A model generated the notes under the pieces. That model worked only from the letters and a program-made list of their open reading frames with translations, had not been told where the DNA came from and did no database searches. This document shows positions 19,685 to 31,100 of a stretch of 42,484 nt of DNA, in pieces (within the stretch, counting starts at the first letter, position 1; each line of letters opens with the position of its first letter). The DNA is from Mycobacteriaceae bacterium (GTDB lineage: Bacteria; Actinomycetota; Actinomycetes; Mycobacteriales; Mycobacteriaceae), in contig JAPOHV010000001.1 in the NCBI GenBank assembly GCA_029979305.1, forward strand, positions 1-42,484. The letters run 5' to 3'. Both the position numbers and the translations under genes were made by a program.

Positions 19685-21559
19685 GTGCAGTCCGTGCGCA
19701 ACGGCGTTTCAACAGCCGGCCAGATGGTGCTGGCAGCCGCTGTCGCGGTCGGGGTGTCGGCGGTGGTGCTCTCGGCGATCTCCCGGGTGGAGTGGCCCGC
19801 CTTCCCGTCGTCGAACCAACTGCACGCGCTGACCACCGTCGGCCAGGTGGGCTGCCTGCTCGGACTGGTCGCGGCCGGTGCGCTCTGGCGGGCTCGGCGC
19901 GGAGTGGTTCGCGGTGTCGCGAAAATCGCCGCCGCAGGTCTTCTTTCACTGTTCACAGTGGTCACGCTGGGTATGCCTCTGGGTGCGACCAGGCTGTATC
20001 TGTTCGGCATCTCGGTCGATCAGCAGTTCCGCACCGAGTACCTGACCCGGCTGACCGACAGCCCGGCGTTGCGCGATATGACCTATACCGGTATGCCGCC
20101 GTTCTACCCGCCGGGCTGGTTCTGGATCGGCGGGCGGGCCGCCGCCCTCACCGGGACGCCGGCCTGGGAGATGTACAAGCCCTGGGCCATCACCTCATTG
20201 GCGGTCGCGGTGGCGGTGGCCTTCGTGCTGTGGTCAGCCATGGTCCGGTTCGAGTACGCACTGGCCGTCACCGTCGCGACCGCCGCCGTCACGCTTGCCT
20301 TCGCCTCCACCGAGCCCTACAGCGCGATCATCACGGTGCTGATTCCGCCGGTGCTGGTACTGGCCTGGTCGGGACTCAACGGCGGGGAGCGAGGCGGCGG
20401 CTGGGCGGCGGTCGCCGGGGTCGGGCTGTTCCTCGGATTCGCCGCCACCTTCTACACGCTGCTGCTGGCGTACACCGCGTTCACCGTGACGGTGATGGCT
20501 CTGATCGCGGCCGCCGCGCGGCGCCGCGTCGGCCCGCTGCTGCGTCTGGCGGTGATGGCGGTGATCGCGGCGGCCATCGCGTCGATCACCTGGCTGCCGT
20601 TCCTGCTACGTGCCGTCCGCGGACCGCTGAGCGACACCGGCGCGGCCCAGCACTACCTGCCCGACGACGGGGCGGTGCTCAACTTCCCGATGCTCCAGGT
20701 CTCGCTGCTGGGCGCGCTGTGCCTGCTGGGGACGGTCTGGCTGGCCTGGCGGTGCCGGCGCTCGGTCCGCGCCGGCGCGCTGGGCATCGGGGTGCTGGCG
20801 CTCTACGCCTGGTCGCTGCTGTCGATGGTGGCGACACTGGCCCGCACCACGCTGCTGTCGTTCCGGCTGCAGCCGACCCTGACCGTGCTGCTGTCGGTGG
20901 CCGGGGTGTTCGGCTTCATCGAAGTGGCGAGCGCGATGGCGAGGCGCTGGAACCCGAAGGGTGTCCTGCCCGCAGCGCTCGCCGTCGGTCTGATCGGCGC
21001 CGTCGGCTTCAGTCAGGACATCCCGAACATGCTGCGGCCCGACATAACGGTGGCCTACACCGACACCGACGGGGACGGCCAGCGCGGCGACCGCCGTCCG
21101 CCGGGGGCCGAGAAGTACTACCCGGCGGTAGACGAGGCGATAAGGAAGGCCACCGGCAGGCCGCGCGACGACACCGTGGTGATGACCGCCGACTACAGCT
21201 TCCTGTCGTACTACCCCTACTTCGGGTTCCAGGGCCTGACGTCGCACTACGCCAATCCACTGGCCGAGTTCGACAAGCGGGCGGCGGCCATCGAGTCGTG
21301 GGGCGAGATCACCGATCCGGCCGAGTTCGCCCGCTCCCTCGACGCGCTGCCCTGGCCGGCGCCGACGGTGTTCCTGATGCGGCGCGGCGGCGCAGCCGGT
21401 TCGGCCAACACCTACACGCTGCGACTGGCCGAGGACGTCTACCCCAACCAGCCCAACGTGCGGCGTTACACCGTCGACCTTGACGCCACACTGTTCAGCG
21501 AACCGCACTTCTCGGTGAAGACCATCGGGCCGTTCGTCCTGGCGGTTCGTACCGGGTAG
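19685..21559 (+). CDS. aftA: Arabinofuranosyltransferase AftA (Rv3792)
   Basis: [48 protein letters not shown]; position between dprE2 and embC. Confidence 0.95.
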   Translation: MQSVRNGVSTAGQMVLAAAVAVGVSAVVLSAISRVEWPAFPSSNQLHALTTVGQVGCLLGLVAAGALWRARRGVVRGVAKIAAAGLLSLFTVVTLGMPLGATRLYLFGISVDQQFRTEYLTRLTDSPALRDMTYTGMPPFYPPGWFWIGGRAAALTGTPAWEMYKPWAITSLAVAVAVAFVLWSAMVRFEYALAVTVATAAVTLAFASTEPYSAIITVLIPPVLVLAWSGLNGGERGGGWAAVAGVGLFLGFAATFYTLLLAYTAFTVTVMALIAAAARRRVGPLLRLAVMAVIAAAIASITWLPFLLRAVRGPLSDTGAAQHYLPDDGAVLNFPMLQVSLLGALCLLGTVWLAWRCRRSVRAGALGIGVLALYAWSLLSMVATLARTTLLSFRLQPTLTVLLSVAGVFGFIEVASAMARRWNPKGVLPAALAVGLIGAVGFSQDIPNMLRPDITVAYTDTDGDGQRGDRRPPGAEKYYPAVDEAIRKATGRPRDDTVVMTADYSFLSYYPYFGFQGLTSHYANPLAEFDKRAAAIESWGEITDPAEFARSLDALPWPAPTVFLMRRGGAAGSANTYTLRLAEDVYPNQPNVRRYTVDLDATLFSEPHFSVKTIGPFVLAVRTG

Positions 21560-21591
21560 CGCATCCAGTGTCCCCACTAGCATTTAGCCCC

Positions 21592-24500
21592 GTGACACAG
21601 ACGCGCGGGACCTACCGAACCGCCCGGCTTGTCGCGCTCATCGCCGGCCTGCTCGGCACCGCCCTCGCATTGTTGACGCCGTTCCTGCCGGTCAAACAGT
21701 CCACCGCCCAGTTGAACTGGCCGCAGAACGGCACCCTGGCATCCGTCACCGCCCCGCTGATCGGTTACGTGCCAACGGATCTGAGCATCGAGATACCGTG
21801 CCGCGCCGCGGCCGGGCTCAATGCGAACGGCAACACTGTCCTGCTCTCAACGGTGCCCAAACAGGCCCCCAAGGCCGTCGACCGCGGCTTGCTCATCCAG
21901 CGTGCCAACGATGATCTGGTGGTGGTGGTCCGCAATACCCCGGTGGTGGTGGCCCCGATGGCGCAGGTGCTCAGCCCCGCCTGCGAGAAGCTGACGTTCA
22001 CCGCCCACGCCGACAAGGTGGCCGGCGAATTCGTCGGGCTCAAGAAGGGCGCTGACAGCGACGACCCCGGTGCCGCCCTGAAGGGCGAGCGCGGCGGCTA
22101 TGACTTCCGGCCGCAGATCGTCGGTGTCTTCACCGACCTGTCCGGCCCCGCCCCCCCGGGCCTGCGCCTATCGGCGACCATCGACACCCGGTACAGCACC
22201 GGACCCACCCCGCTGAAGATGGCCGCGATGCTGCTCGGCGTCGCCATGACCGTCGCCGCACTGATCGCCCTGCACATCCTCGACACCGCCGACGGGACCC
22301 GGCACCGTCGGCTGCTGCCGGCAAGGTGGTGGTCACTGAGCGGCCTGGACGTCCTGGTGACCGCCGTGCTGGTCTGGTGGCATTTCGTCGGCGCCAACAC
22401 CTCCGACGACGGCTACATCCTGACCATTGCCCGGGTCTCCGAGGGCGCCGGCTACATGGCCAACTACTACCGCTGGTTCGGCACCCCCGAAGCGCCGTTC
22501 GGCTGGTACTACGACCTGCTGGCGATCTGGGCGCACGTGTCGACGGCGAGCATCTGGATGCGGCTGCCCACCCTGCTGATGGCGCTGGCCTGCTGGTGGC
22601 TCATCAGCCGCGAGGTGATCCCCCGCCTGGGCGTCGTGGTCAAGCACAGCCGTGCCGCCGCCTGGACCGCCGCGGGCATGTTCCTGGCGTTCTGGCTGCC
22701 GCTGAACAACGGCCTGCGGCCCGAGCCGATCATCGCGCTGGGAATCCTCGCGACCTGGTGCTCGGTGGAGCGCGGGGTGGCCACCAGCCGGCTGCTGCCG
22801 GTCGCGGTCGCGTGCATCATCGGTGCACTGACGCTGTTCTCCGGGCCGACGGGTATCGCGTCGATCGGCGCGCTGCTGGTGGCCATCGGTCCGCTGCGGA
22901 CGATCGTGGGTCGCCGCTCGCGGCAGTTCGGGCTGCTGCCGCTGCTGGCCCCGATCATGGCCGCGGCCACCGTCACGATCATCCTGATGTTCCGCGACCA
23001 GACCTTCGCCTCGGTGGCGCAGGCGAACGCGCTCAAGCGTGCGGTGGGTCCCAGCCTGAGCTGGTTCGACGAACACATCCGCTATGAACGCCTGTTCCTG
23101 GCCACGCCGGACGGCTCCATCGCACGCCGCTTCGCGGTGCTGGCTCTGGTTGTGGCGCTTGCGGTTTCGGTTGCGATGATGCTGCGCCGCGGCCATATCA
23201 CCGGTACCGCCGCAGGCCCCAGCCGCCGCATCGTCGGCATCACCATCATCTCGTTCCTGGCGATGATGTTCACCCCGACCAAGTGGACCCACCACTTCGG
23301 TGTGTTCGCCGGGCTGGCCGGCTCGCTGGGCGCGCTGGCCGCCATCGCCGTCACCCCGCACGTGCTGGGCTCGCGGCGCAACCGGGCGGTGTTCGCCGCG
23401 GCGACGCTGTTCGTCACCGCGCTGTCGTTCGCCAGCGTCAACGGCTGGTGGTACGTCTCGAACTTCGGGGTGCCGTGGTCCAACCAGATGCCGGAGTGGC
23501 GGCTGGGCTTCACCACCATTCTGCTGGGCATGACCGTGCTGGCGCTGCTGGCCGCCGCCTGGTTCCACTTCTCCGGCCGCCCCGACGGCTTGCCCTCACC
23601 GCGGTGGTGGGCCCGGTTCACCGGCTCGCCGCTGGCGGTGGTCGCCTGGCTGTTGGTGATCTTCGAGGTGGCCTCGCTGACCCTGGGAATGGTCAGCCAG
23701 TACCCGGCCTGGTCGGTCGGCCGTTCCAACCTGCAGGCCCTGACGGGCAAGACCTGCGGGCTGGCCGACGACGTCCTGGTCGAGCCCGATCCCAACGTCG
23801 GGATGCTGCAACCGGTCGACGAGCCGGTCGGCGGCGCCCTGGGCGCGGGCGCTATAGAAGGGTTCTCCCCCAATGGAATTCCAGCCAAGATCTCGGCCGA
23901 GCCGGTCAAGGAGCCGCCGGGCAGCGGAAACTTCGTCGATGCCGACGACACCGAGAGCGCTGAAACCGGAACCGACGGCACCACCACCGGCCTGCTGACC
24001 ACCCCGGGCGCCAACGGCTCCCGGGCCCGGCTGCCCTACGGGCTGAACCCGGCGCCCACTCCGGTGCTGGGGAGTTGGCGCGCCGGGGTGCAGCAGCCCG
24101 CGCGGCTGCGCTCGGCCTGGTACCGGCTGCCGCCGCGGGACAGCGTCGGCGGTGACACCGCGCCACTGCTGGTGATCTCGGCGGCCGGACGTTTCGACCA
24201 GGACGAGGTCACCATCCAGTGGGCCACCGACCAGCAGGCCGGCCAGGGTAAGGCCGGCGGCTCGATGGGCTTCGCCGACATCGGACCGGTACCGGGCTGG
24301 CGCAACCTGCGGGCGCCGCTGTCCGCCATCCCGTCGGATGCGACGCTGGTGCGCGTCGTCGCCGTCGACGAAGACCTCGCCCCTGAGCACTGGATCGCCG
24401 TCACCCCGCCGCGTATCCCCCGGTTGCGCACCCTGCAGCAGGAGGTCGGCTCCACCGACCCGGTGCTGCTGGACTGGCTGGTGGGGCTGGCGTTCCCCTG

Positions 24501-24807
24501 CCAGCGTCCGTTCGGGCACTCCAACGGAGTGACCGAGGTGCCGAAGTGGCGGATCCTGCCGGACCGGTTCGGCGCCGACTCCAACTCGCCGGTGATGGAC
24601 AACATCGGCGGCGGCCCGCTGGGTATCAGCGAGCTGTTGTTCCGGGCTGCCACCGTGCCCACGTACCTGAGGGACGACTGGTTCCGCGACTGGGGTGCCC
24701 TGCAGCGGCTGACGCTGTACTACCCCGCCGCCGCACCGGCCCGGCTGGAACTCGGCACCGCCACCCGCAGCGGGTTGTGGAGTCCGGCGCCGCTGCGTCC
24801 GACATAG
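21592..24807 (+). CDS. embC: Arabinosyltransferase EmbC
   Basis: NTSDDGY, NNGLRPE, TPTKWTHHFG, AFPCQRP; first emb gene; GTG 21592 is 8 nt after TAGCAT. Confidence 0.95.
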   Translation: MTQTRGTYRTARLVALIAGLLGTALALLTPFLPVKQSTAQLNWPQNGTLASVTAPLIGYVPTDLSIEIPCRAAAGLNANGNTVLLSTVPKQAPKAVDRGLLIQRANDDLVVVVRNTPVVVAPMAQVLSPACEKLTFTAHADKVAGEFVGLKKGADSDDPGAALKGERGGYDFRPQIVGVFTDLSGPAPPGLRLSATIDTRYSTGPTPLKMAAMLLGVAMTVAALIALHILDTADGTRHRRLLPARWWSLSGLDVLVTAVLVWWHFVGANTSDDGYILTIARVSEGAGYMANYYRWFGTPEAPFGWYYDLLAIWAHVSTASIWMRLPTLLMALACWWLISREVIPRLGVVVKHSRAAAWTAAGMFLAFWLPLNNGLRPEPIIALGILATWCSVERGVATSRLLPVAVACIIGALTLFSGPTGIASIGALLVAIGPLRTIVGRRSRQFGLLPLLAPIMAAATVTIILMFRDQTFASVAQANALKRAVGPSLSWFDEHIRYERLFLATPDGSIARRFAVLALVVALAVSVAMMLRRGHITGTAAGPSRRIVGITIISFLAMMFTPTKWTHHFGVFAGLAGSLGALAAIAVTPHVLGSRRNRAVFAAATLFVTALSFASVNGWWYVSNFGVPWSNQMPEWRLGFTTILLGMTVLALLAAAWFHFSGRPDGLPSPRWWARFTGSPLAVVAWLLVIFEVASLTLGMVSQYPAWSVGRSNLQALTGKTCGLADDVLVEPDPNVGMLQPVDEPVGGALGAGAIEGFSPNGIPAKISAEPVKEPPGSGNFVDADDTESAETGTDGTTTGLLTTPGANGSRARLPYGLNPAPTPVLGSWRAGVQQPARLRSAWYRLPPRDSVGGDTAPLLVISAAGRFDQDEVTIQWATDQQAGQGKAGGSMGFADIGPVPGWRNLRAPLSAIPSDATLVRVVAVDEDLAPEHWIAVTPPRIPRLRTLQQEVGSTDPVLLDWLVGLAFPCQRPFGHSNGVTEVPKWRILPDRFGADSNSPVMDNIGGGPLGISELLFRAATVPTYLRDDWFRDWGALQRLTLYYPAAAPARLELGTATRSGLWSPAPLRPT

Positions 24808-24812
24808 GGTCG

Positions 24813-24878
24813 ACCTGAACCGGGTCCACCTGAACCGCTGGCGCACCTGATCCGCTGGCGGCCCTAATCCGCTGTCGG
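24813..24878 (+). repeat. 17-bp imperfect tandem repeat (3 copies plus a partial copy) in the embC-embA intergenic region
   Basis: ACCTGAACCGCTGGCGC (24828), ACCTGATCCGCTGGCGG (24845), CCCTAATCCGCTGTCGG (24862), partial ACCTGAACCG (24813). Confidence 0.8.
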
Positions 24879-24891
24879 TGCGGGCCCGTCG

Positions 24892-24907
24892 CCTACCATC
24901 GACGCTC
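24892..24907 (+). promoter_or_regulatory. embA(B) promoter -10 element, leaderless
   Basis: CC-TACCAT-CGACGCTC-GTG; resembles the M. tuberculosis embA upstream sequence as recalled. Confidence 0.7.
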
Positions 24908-27900
24908 GTGCCCAGCGACAGCGTCGAGTCCAACCGGATCGCCCGGCTGGTCGCGGTCCTGGCAGGTCTGGCCGGCATAGTGCTGTGCGCGCTGACCCCG
25001 TTGCTGCCGGTCAACCAGACCACCGCGACCATCCTGTGGCCGCAGAACGGCACAGTCGGGAACATCACCGCACCGCTGGTCTCCGGTGCCCCGCAGGCCC
25101 TCGACGCGTCGATCCCGTGCGCTGCGGTGGCCGGCCTGCCGCCGAAGGGCGGCGTGGTGTTCTCCACCAACCCCGCCGACGGTATCGACGCGGCCCGCAA
25201 CGGGCTGTTCGTCCGCGCGAACGCGGACTCGGTGATCGTGGCGTTCCGCGACACCGTGGCCGCCGTCGCCCCCCGCGCAGCGGTGGCGGCGGGAACCTGC
25301 ACGACCATCCACGCCTGGGCCAACCCGGGGGCGGCGGGAGCTGAGTTCGTCGGCATCCCCGGTGCGGCCGGAACCCTGCCGCCGGACAAGAAGCCACAGG
25401 TGACCGGGATTTTCACCGACCTGAAAGTTCCTGTGCAGCAGGGATTGTCGGCCCGTATCGACGTCGACACCCGATTCATCACCCGGCCGACCCCACTCAA
25501 GCTGGCCGTGATGGTGACCGGCCTGCTGTGCGTGATCGCCTCTATCGCCGCGCTGGGGGTACTGGATCGCCGGTGGGCCGTCCGCCGGGTCGCCGCTTCC
25601 GGCCGCCGGCCGTCGCGACACTGGCCGGCCGACGTCGCGGTGATCGGCGTGCTACTGGTGTGGCACGTCATCGGAGCGATCTCCTCCGACGACGGTTACA
25701 ACCTCACCATCGCCCGCATCTCCGGTGAAGCCGGCTACACGGCCAACTACTACCGCTACTTCGGGACCACCGAGGCGCCGTTCGACTGGTACCAGTCGGT
25801 GCTCTCGGCACTGGCATCGGTCAGCACCGCGGGGGTCTGGATGCGGCTGCCCGCGACGGCGGCGGCGATCGGCAGTTGGCTGATCCTGAGCCACCGGGTG
25901 CTGCCCAGACTCGGGTCCGGACGCGGCGGCCTGGGGGCTGACCGGGTGGCGGTGGCCACCGCCGGATCGGTGTTCCTGGCCGCGTGGCTGCCGTTCAACA
26001 ACGGCCTGCGCCCGGAGCCGCTGATCGCCTTCGGCGCGCTGGCGGTCTGGATGCTGGTGGAACGCACCATCGCCACCCGGCGGCTGGCCCCGACCGCGGC
26101 GGCCATCGTGGTCGCGGTGTTCTGCGTGACGCTGGCGCCGCAGGGGCTGATGGCGGTGGCTCCGCTGCTGGTGGGTGCCCGCTCGATCACCCGGATCATC
26201 GGGACACGCCGGGCCGGTGACGGTGCGCTGGCCGCGCCGGCTGCGCTGGCCGCCGCGCTGTCGCTGTTCTTCGTCGTGGTGTTCCGCGACCAGACGCTGG
26301 CAACGGTCGCCGAGTCGGCGCGGATCAAATACGTTGTCGGGCCGACGATCTCGTGGTACCAGGACTTCCTGCGCTACTACTTCCTGACCGTCGAGGACCA
26401 CGTCGAGGCGTCCCTGACACGGCGGTTCGCCGTGCTGGTGATGCTGCTGTGCATGTTCGCCATGCTGGTGATGCTGCTGCGCAAGGGCCGCGTGCCCGGG
26501 ATCGCCCGCGGCCCGGTGTGGCGGCTGATCGGGAGTACCGCGCTGGGCCTGCTGCTGCTGACGTTCACCCCCACCAAGTGGGCGGTGCAGTTCGGCGCGT
26601 TCGCCGGGCTGGCGGCCGCGCTGGGCGGGGTGACCGCGTTCGCCTTCGCCACCGTAGGACTGCACAGCCGCCGCAACCTCGCGCTGTACGTGACCGCCCT
26701 GCTGTTCGTCGTCGCCTGGGCGACCTCGGGCATCAACGGCTGGTTCTACGTCGGCAACTACGGGGTGCCGTGGTACGACCGCCAGCCGGTACTGCTCCAC
26801 CGACCGGTGACGTCGATGTTCCTGGCGCTGGCCATCATCACCGCGCTGATCGCCGGGTGGCTGCACTTCCGGATCGACTACGCCGGGCACACCGAGGTCA
26901 AGAACACCCGCCGCAACCGGCTGCTGGCCTCGACGCCGCTGCTGGCCGTCTCGCTGATCATGGTGCTGCTCGCGGTCGGGTCGATGGCGAAGGGCTTCGT
27001 CCAGCGCTACCCCGCCTATACCAACGGCAAGGCCAGCGTGGGCGCGCTCGCGGCGGGGCTGTCGACGAAGAGTTGCGCGATGGCCGACGAGGTCCTGGTC
27101 GAGGCGGACACCAATTCCGGGATGCTCTCACCCGCACCTGGCCAGCGGTGGGGGAAGTACGGTCCGCTGGGCGGGGAGAACCCGATCGGCTTCAACCCCA
27201 ACGGGATCAGCGACAACCTCGACCCGGTGGCGCCGTTCGTCGCCAACCCGGGCACGGTCAACTCCGACGGGTCGCCGAACAAGCCCAACGTCGGCATCGG
27301 ATTCTCCGGCGGCACCGGCGGCGGCTACGGCCCGGTCGGGGTCAACGGCTCAAAAGTGTTCCTGCCCTTCGGGCTCGACCCGAAGACCACCCCGGTGATG
27401 GGTAGCTACAAGGAGAACACGCTGGCCGCCAAGGCCACCTCGGCGTGGTACGAGCTTCCGCCCCGTAGCCCGGACCGTCCCCTCGTGGTGGTCGCCGCCG
27501 CCGGCGCGATCTGGTACTACGACAACGAGGGCGAGTTCCATTACGGGCAGTCGCTGAAACTGCAGTGGGGTGTTCGCAAGTCCGACGGCAGCTTCACAGC
27601 GCTGGACAAGGTCTACCCGATCGACACCCAGGAGCAGTTGGCCTGGCGCAACCTGCGTTTCCCGCTCAAGGACGCCCCGCCGGAGGCCAACGTGGCACGG
27701 ATCGTCGCCGACGACCCGAATCTGAGCATCGAGCAGTGGTTCGGGTTCACCCCGCCGCGCGTCCCGGTGCTGCAGACCGCCAACGCCTTCCTGGGCGACG
27801 CGACCCCGATCCTGATGGACATCGCCAGTGCGGCCCACTTCCCCTGCCAGCGCCCGTTCGCCGAACACCTCGGGATCGCCGAGGTGCCGCAGTACCGGAT

Positions 27901-28165
27901 CCGGCCCAACCTCAAGCAGGTGGTGGTGTCGTCGAACATGTGGCAGTCCGCGCGGGCGGGCGGGCCGTTCCTGTTCATCCAGGCGCTGCTGAGCACCTCG
28001 ACGGTGCCGACCTACCTGCGCGACGACTGGTACCGCGACTGGGGCGAGATCGAGCGGTATATCCGGGTGGTGCCGGCGGCACAGTCTCCCAACGCCGTTG
28101 TCGAGGAGGGATCCACCAGAGTGTTCGGCTGGAGCCGCAACGGACCGATCAGGGCCCTCCCATGA
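24908..28165 (+). CDS. embA: Arabinosyltransferase EmbA
   Basis: [23 protein letters not shown]-terminal GPIRALP; GTG 24908. Confidence 0.95.
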   Translation: MPSDSVESNRIARLVAVLAGLAGIVLCALTPLLPVNQTTATILWPQNGTVGNITAPLVSGAPQALDASIPCAAVAGLPPKGGVVFSTNPADGIDAARNGLFVRANADSVIVAFRDTVAAVAPRAAVAAGTCTTIHAWANPGAAGAEFVGIPGAAGTLPPDKKPQVTGIFTDLKVPVQQGLSARIDVDTRFITRPTPLKLAVMVTGLLCVIASIAALGVLDRRWAVRRVAASGRRPSRHWPADVAVIGVLLVWHVIGAISSDDGYNLTIARISGEAGYTANYYRYFGTTEAPFDWYQSVLSALASVSTAGVWMRLPATAAAIGSWLILSHRVLPRLGSGRGGLGADRVAVATAGSVFLAAWLPFNNGLRPEPLIAFGALAVWMLVERTIATRRLAPTAAAIVVAVFCVTLAPQGLMAVAPLLVGARSITRIIGTRRAGDGALAAPAALAAALSLFFVVVFRDQTLATVAESARIKYVVGPTISWYQDFLRYYFLTVEDHVEASLTRRFAVLVMLLCMFAMLVMLLRKGRVPGIARGPVWRLIGSTALGLLLLTFTPTKWAVQFGAFAGLAAALGGVTAFAFATVGLHSRRNLALYVTALLFVVAWATSGINGWFYVGNYGVPWYDRQPVLLHRPVTSMFLALAIITALIAGWLHFRIDYAGHTEVKNTRRNRLLASTPLLAVSLIMVLLAVGSMAKGFVQRYPAYTNGKASVGALAAGLSTKSCAMADEVLVEADTNSGMLSPAPGQRWGKYGPLGGENPIGFNPNGISDNLDPVAPFVANPGTVNSDGSPNKPNVGIGFSGGTGGGYGPVGVNGSKVFLPFGLDPKTTPVMGSYKENTLAAKATSAWYELPPRSPDRPLVVVAAAGAIWYYDNEGEFHYGQSLKLQWGVRKSDGSFTALDKVYPIDTQEQLAWRNLRFPLKDAPPEANVARIVADDPNLSIEQWFGFTPPRVPVLQTANAFLGDATPILMDIASAAHFPCQRPFAEHLGIAEVPQYRIRPNLKQVVVSSNMWQSARAGGPFLFIQALLSTSTVPTYLRDDWYRDWGEIERYIRVVPAAQSPNAVVEEGSTRVFGWSRNGPIRALP

Positions 28166-28178
28166 GGCAGGCGACGCC

Positions 28179-31100
28179 ATGACGCAGACGCTCATCGCAG
28201 ACACCGCAGCCGCCGACGAGGTGAAGATCACCCGGTGGGTGGCCATCGTCGCGGGGCTGTTGGGCTTCGTGTTGGCCATCCTGACTCCGCTGCTGCCGGT
28301 GGTGCAGACCACCGCCACGCTGAACTGGCCGCAGAACGGGCAGCTGAATAACGTTACGGCCCCGCTGATCTCGCTCACGCCGGTGTCGATGACGGCCACG
28401 GTGCCGTGCGAGGTGATCCGCACCATGCCCGCCAAGGGCGGCATGGTGCTGGGACTGGCCCCGCAGAAGGCCAAGGACGCCTCGCTGAATTCACTGTTCG
28501 TCACCGTCGACGCCAAACAGGTGAACGTCACCGACCGCAACGTGGTGGTGGCCAGCGTTCCGCGGGCGAAGGTGCAGGCTCCGGAATGCCAGCGGATCGA
28601 GATCACCTCCACCGAGGAGGGCACCTTCGCCGGCTTTGTCGGGCTGCCGCCCAGCGCGGACTACAACGAACTCGACGACAAAGAGAAGGAAGAGTCTCCG
28701 CAGACCGGCTACGACTATCTGCGCAGCGGTTTCAACGATCCCAACCTGCGGCCGGGCATCGTCGGGGTGTTCACCGACCTGACCGGTCCGGCGCCGGCCG
28801 GGCTGAACGTCTCGGCGACCATCGACACAAGATTCAGCACCCGACCCACCGCTCTCAAACTCGCGGCGATGCTGCTGGCCATCGCCGCCACCGTGGTGGC
28901 ACTGGCGGCGCTGTGGCGACTGGACCGCCTCGACGGGCGCCGTATGCACCGGCTGATCCCGGGCCGGTGGCGCACCTTCACCGCGGTGGACGTCGTCGTG
29001 GTGACGGCGTTCCTGGTCTGGTACGTGATCGGTGCCAACTCCTCCGACGACGGCTACATCCTCGGGATGGCGCGCGTCGCCGAACGCGCCGGATACATGT
29101 CGAACTACTTCCGCTGGTTCGGCGTGCCCGAAGACCCGTTCGGCTGGTACTACAACGTGCTCGCGCTGATGACCCACGTCAGCACGGCGAGCATCTGGAT
29201 GCGGCTGCCGGACCTGCTCTGCGCGCTGGTCTGCTGGCTGCTGCTGTCCCGCGAGGTGCTGCCCCGCCTCGGTCCCGCGGTGGCTGCCAGCCGTCCCGCG
29301 CTGTGGGCGGCCGGCCTGGTGCTGCTGGCGGCCTGGATGCCGTTCGACAACGGCCTTCGCCCCGAGGGGCAGATCACCACGGGCGCGCTGATCACCTACG
29401 TGCTGATCGAACGCGCGATCACCTCGGGACGGCTGACACCGTTCGCACTGGCGATCATCACCGCCGCCTTCACGCTGGGCATCCAGCCGACCGGCCTGAT
29501 CGCCGTCGCAGCCCTGATCGCCGGCGGCCGCCCGATCCTGCGGATCCTGTCGCGCCGCCGCGCGGTGGTCGGGACCCTGCCACTGGTGGCGCCGCTGCTG
29601 GCCGCGGGCACGGTGATCCTGACCGTGGTGTTCGCCGACCAGACGCTGGCCACCGTCCTGGAGGCCACCCGCATCCGCACCGACATCGGCCCCAGCCAGG
29701 AGTGGTACACCGAGAACCTCCGCTACTACTATCTGATCCTGCCGACCGTCGACGGCTCGCTGTCGCGCCGGTTCGGCTTCCTGATCACCGCGCTTTCGCT
29801 GTTTATTTCGACGTTCGTGATGTTGCGGCGCAAGCAGATTGCCGGCGTGGCCCGCGGTCCGGCCTGGCGGCTGATGGGCGTCATCTATGCGACGGTCTTC
29901 TGCCTGATGTTCACCCCGACCAAGTGGGTGCACCACTTCGGTCTCTTCGCCGCCGTCGGCGCGGCGGTGGCCGCCCTGGCCACGGTGCTGGTGTCGCCGG
30001 CGGTGCTGCGCTCGGCACGCAACCGGATGACGGTCGTCACCGCGGTGCTGTTCCTGCTCGCCCTGACCTTCGCCACCACCAACGGCTGGTGGTACGTGTC
30101 GAGCTACGGCATACCGTTCAACAGCACCATGCCGAAGGTCGGCGGCATCAGCGTCAGTGCGATGTTCCTGGCGCTCTTCATCGCCGCCGCGCTCTACACC
30201 GCGTGGCTGCACATCCGCGCGCGCGGCGGCACCGGCCGGTTGACCCGTCTGCTGACCGACGCGCCCATCCCGGTCGCCGCCGGGTTGATGGTGCTGGCGA
30301 ATCTGGCTTCCATGACCGCGGGCGTGGTGCGGCAGTACCCGACCTATTCCAACGGCTGGGCGAACGTCCGGGCGCTGGCCGGGGGTTGCGGGCTGGCCGA
30401 CTACGTGCTCGTCGAGCCGGATTCCAATGCCGGCTTCCTGGCGCCGCTGCCCGGGACTTACGGACCGCTCGGAGCGCTGGGCGGGACCAAGCCCGTCGGG
30501 TTCACGCCCAACGGTGTGCCGGAAAAGATTGTGGCCGAGGCGATCCGGGTGAACAACCCGACTCCGGGTATCGACCACGACTGGGAGGGACCGTTCACCC
30601 TCACCAAGCCCGGCGTCAACGGGTCCACGGTGCCACTGCCCTACCAACTCGACCCGGCGCGCGTCCCGGTGGCCGGAAGCTACGTCGACACCGGCCAGCA
30701 GGAGAGCCTGCTGACCTCGGCCTGGTACGCCCTGCCGCCCAACGACGGCGGCCACCCGTTGGTGGTGGTGACAGCGGCGGGCACCATCGCCGGCAACAGC
30801 GTGCTCAATGCGCATACCGACGGCCAGACCGTCGAATTGGAGTACGGCCGGCCCGGCCCGAATGGTGTCGAACCCGCCGGGCGAGTCGAGCCCTACGACC
30901 TCGGGCCGGCACCGTCGTGGCGGAACCTGCGGTTCCCGCGCTCGCAGATTCCCGCTGACGCCACCGCGGTTCGCATTGTGGCAGAGGACAAGTCGCTGTC
31001 CCTCGGCGACTGGGTGGCGGTGACGCCGCCGCGGGTGCCCGAACTGCGGACCGTCCAGGAGTACGTCGGCTCCACCCAGCCGGTGCTGATGGACTGGGCG

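Noticed and set aside
24813-24878. CRISPR-like array
   Set aside because: Repeats are contiguous 17-mers without spacers, and no cas genes are present
29050-29710. Ethambutol-resistance alleles in embB or the embA promoter
   Set aside because: Met306, Gly406 and Gln497 equivalents appear wild type (ILGM, PEG, PSQ), and the -8/-11/-12/-16 positions upstream of embA are all C
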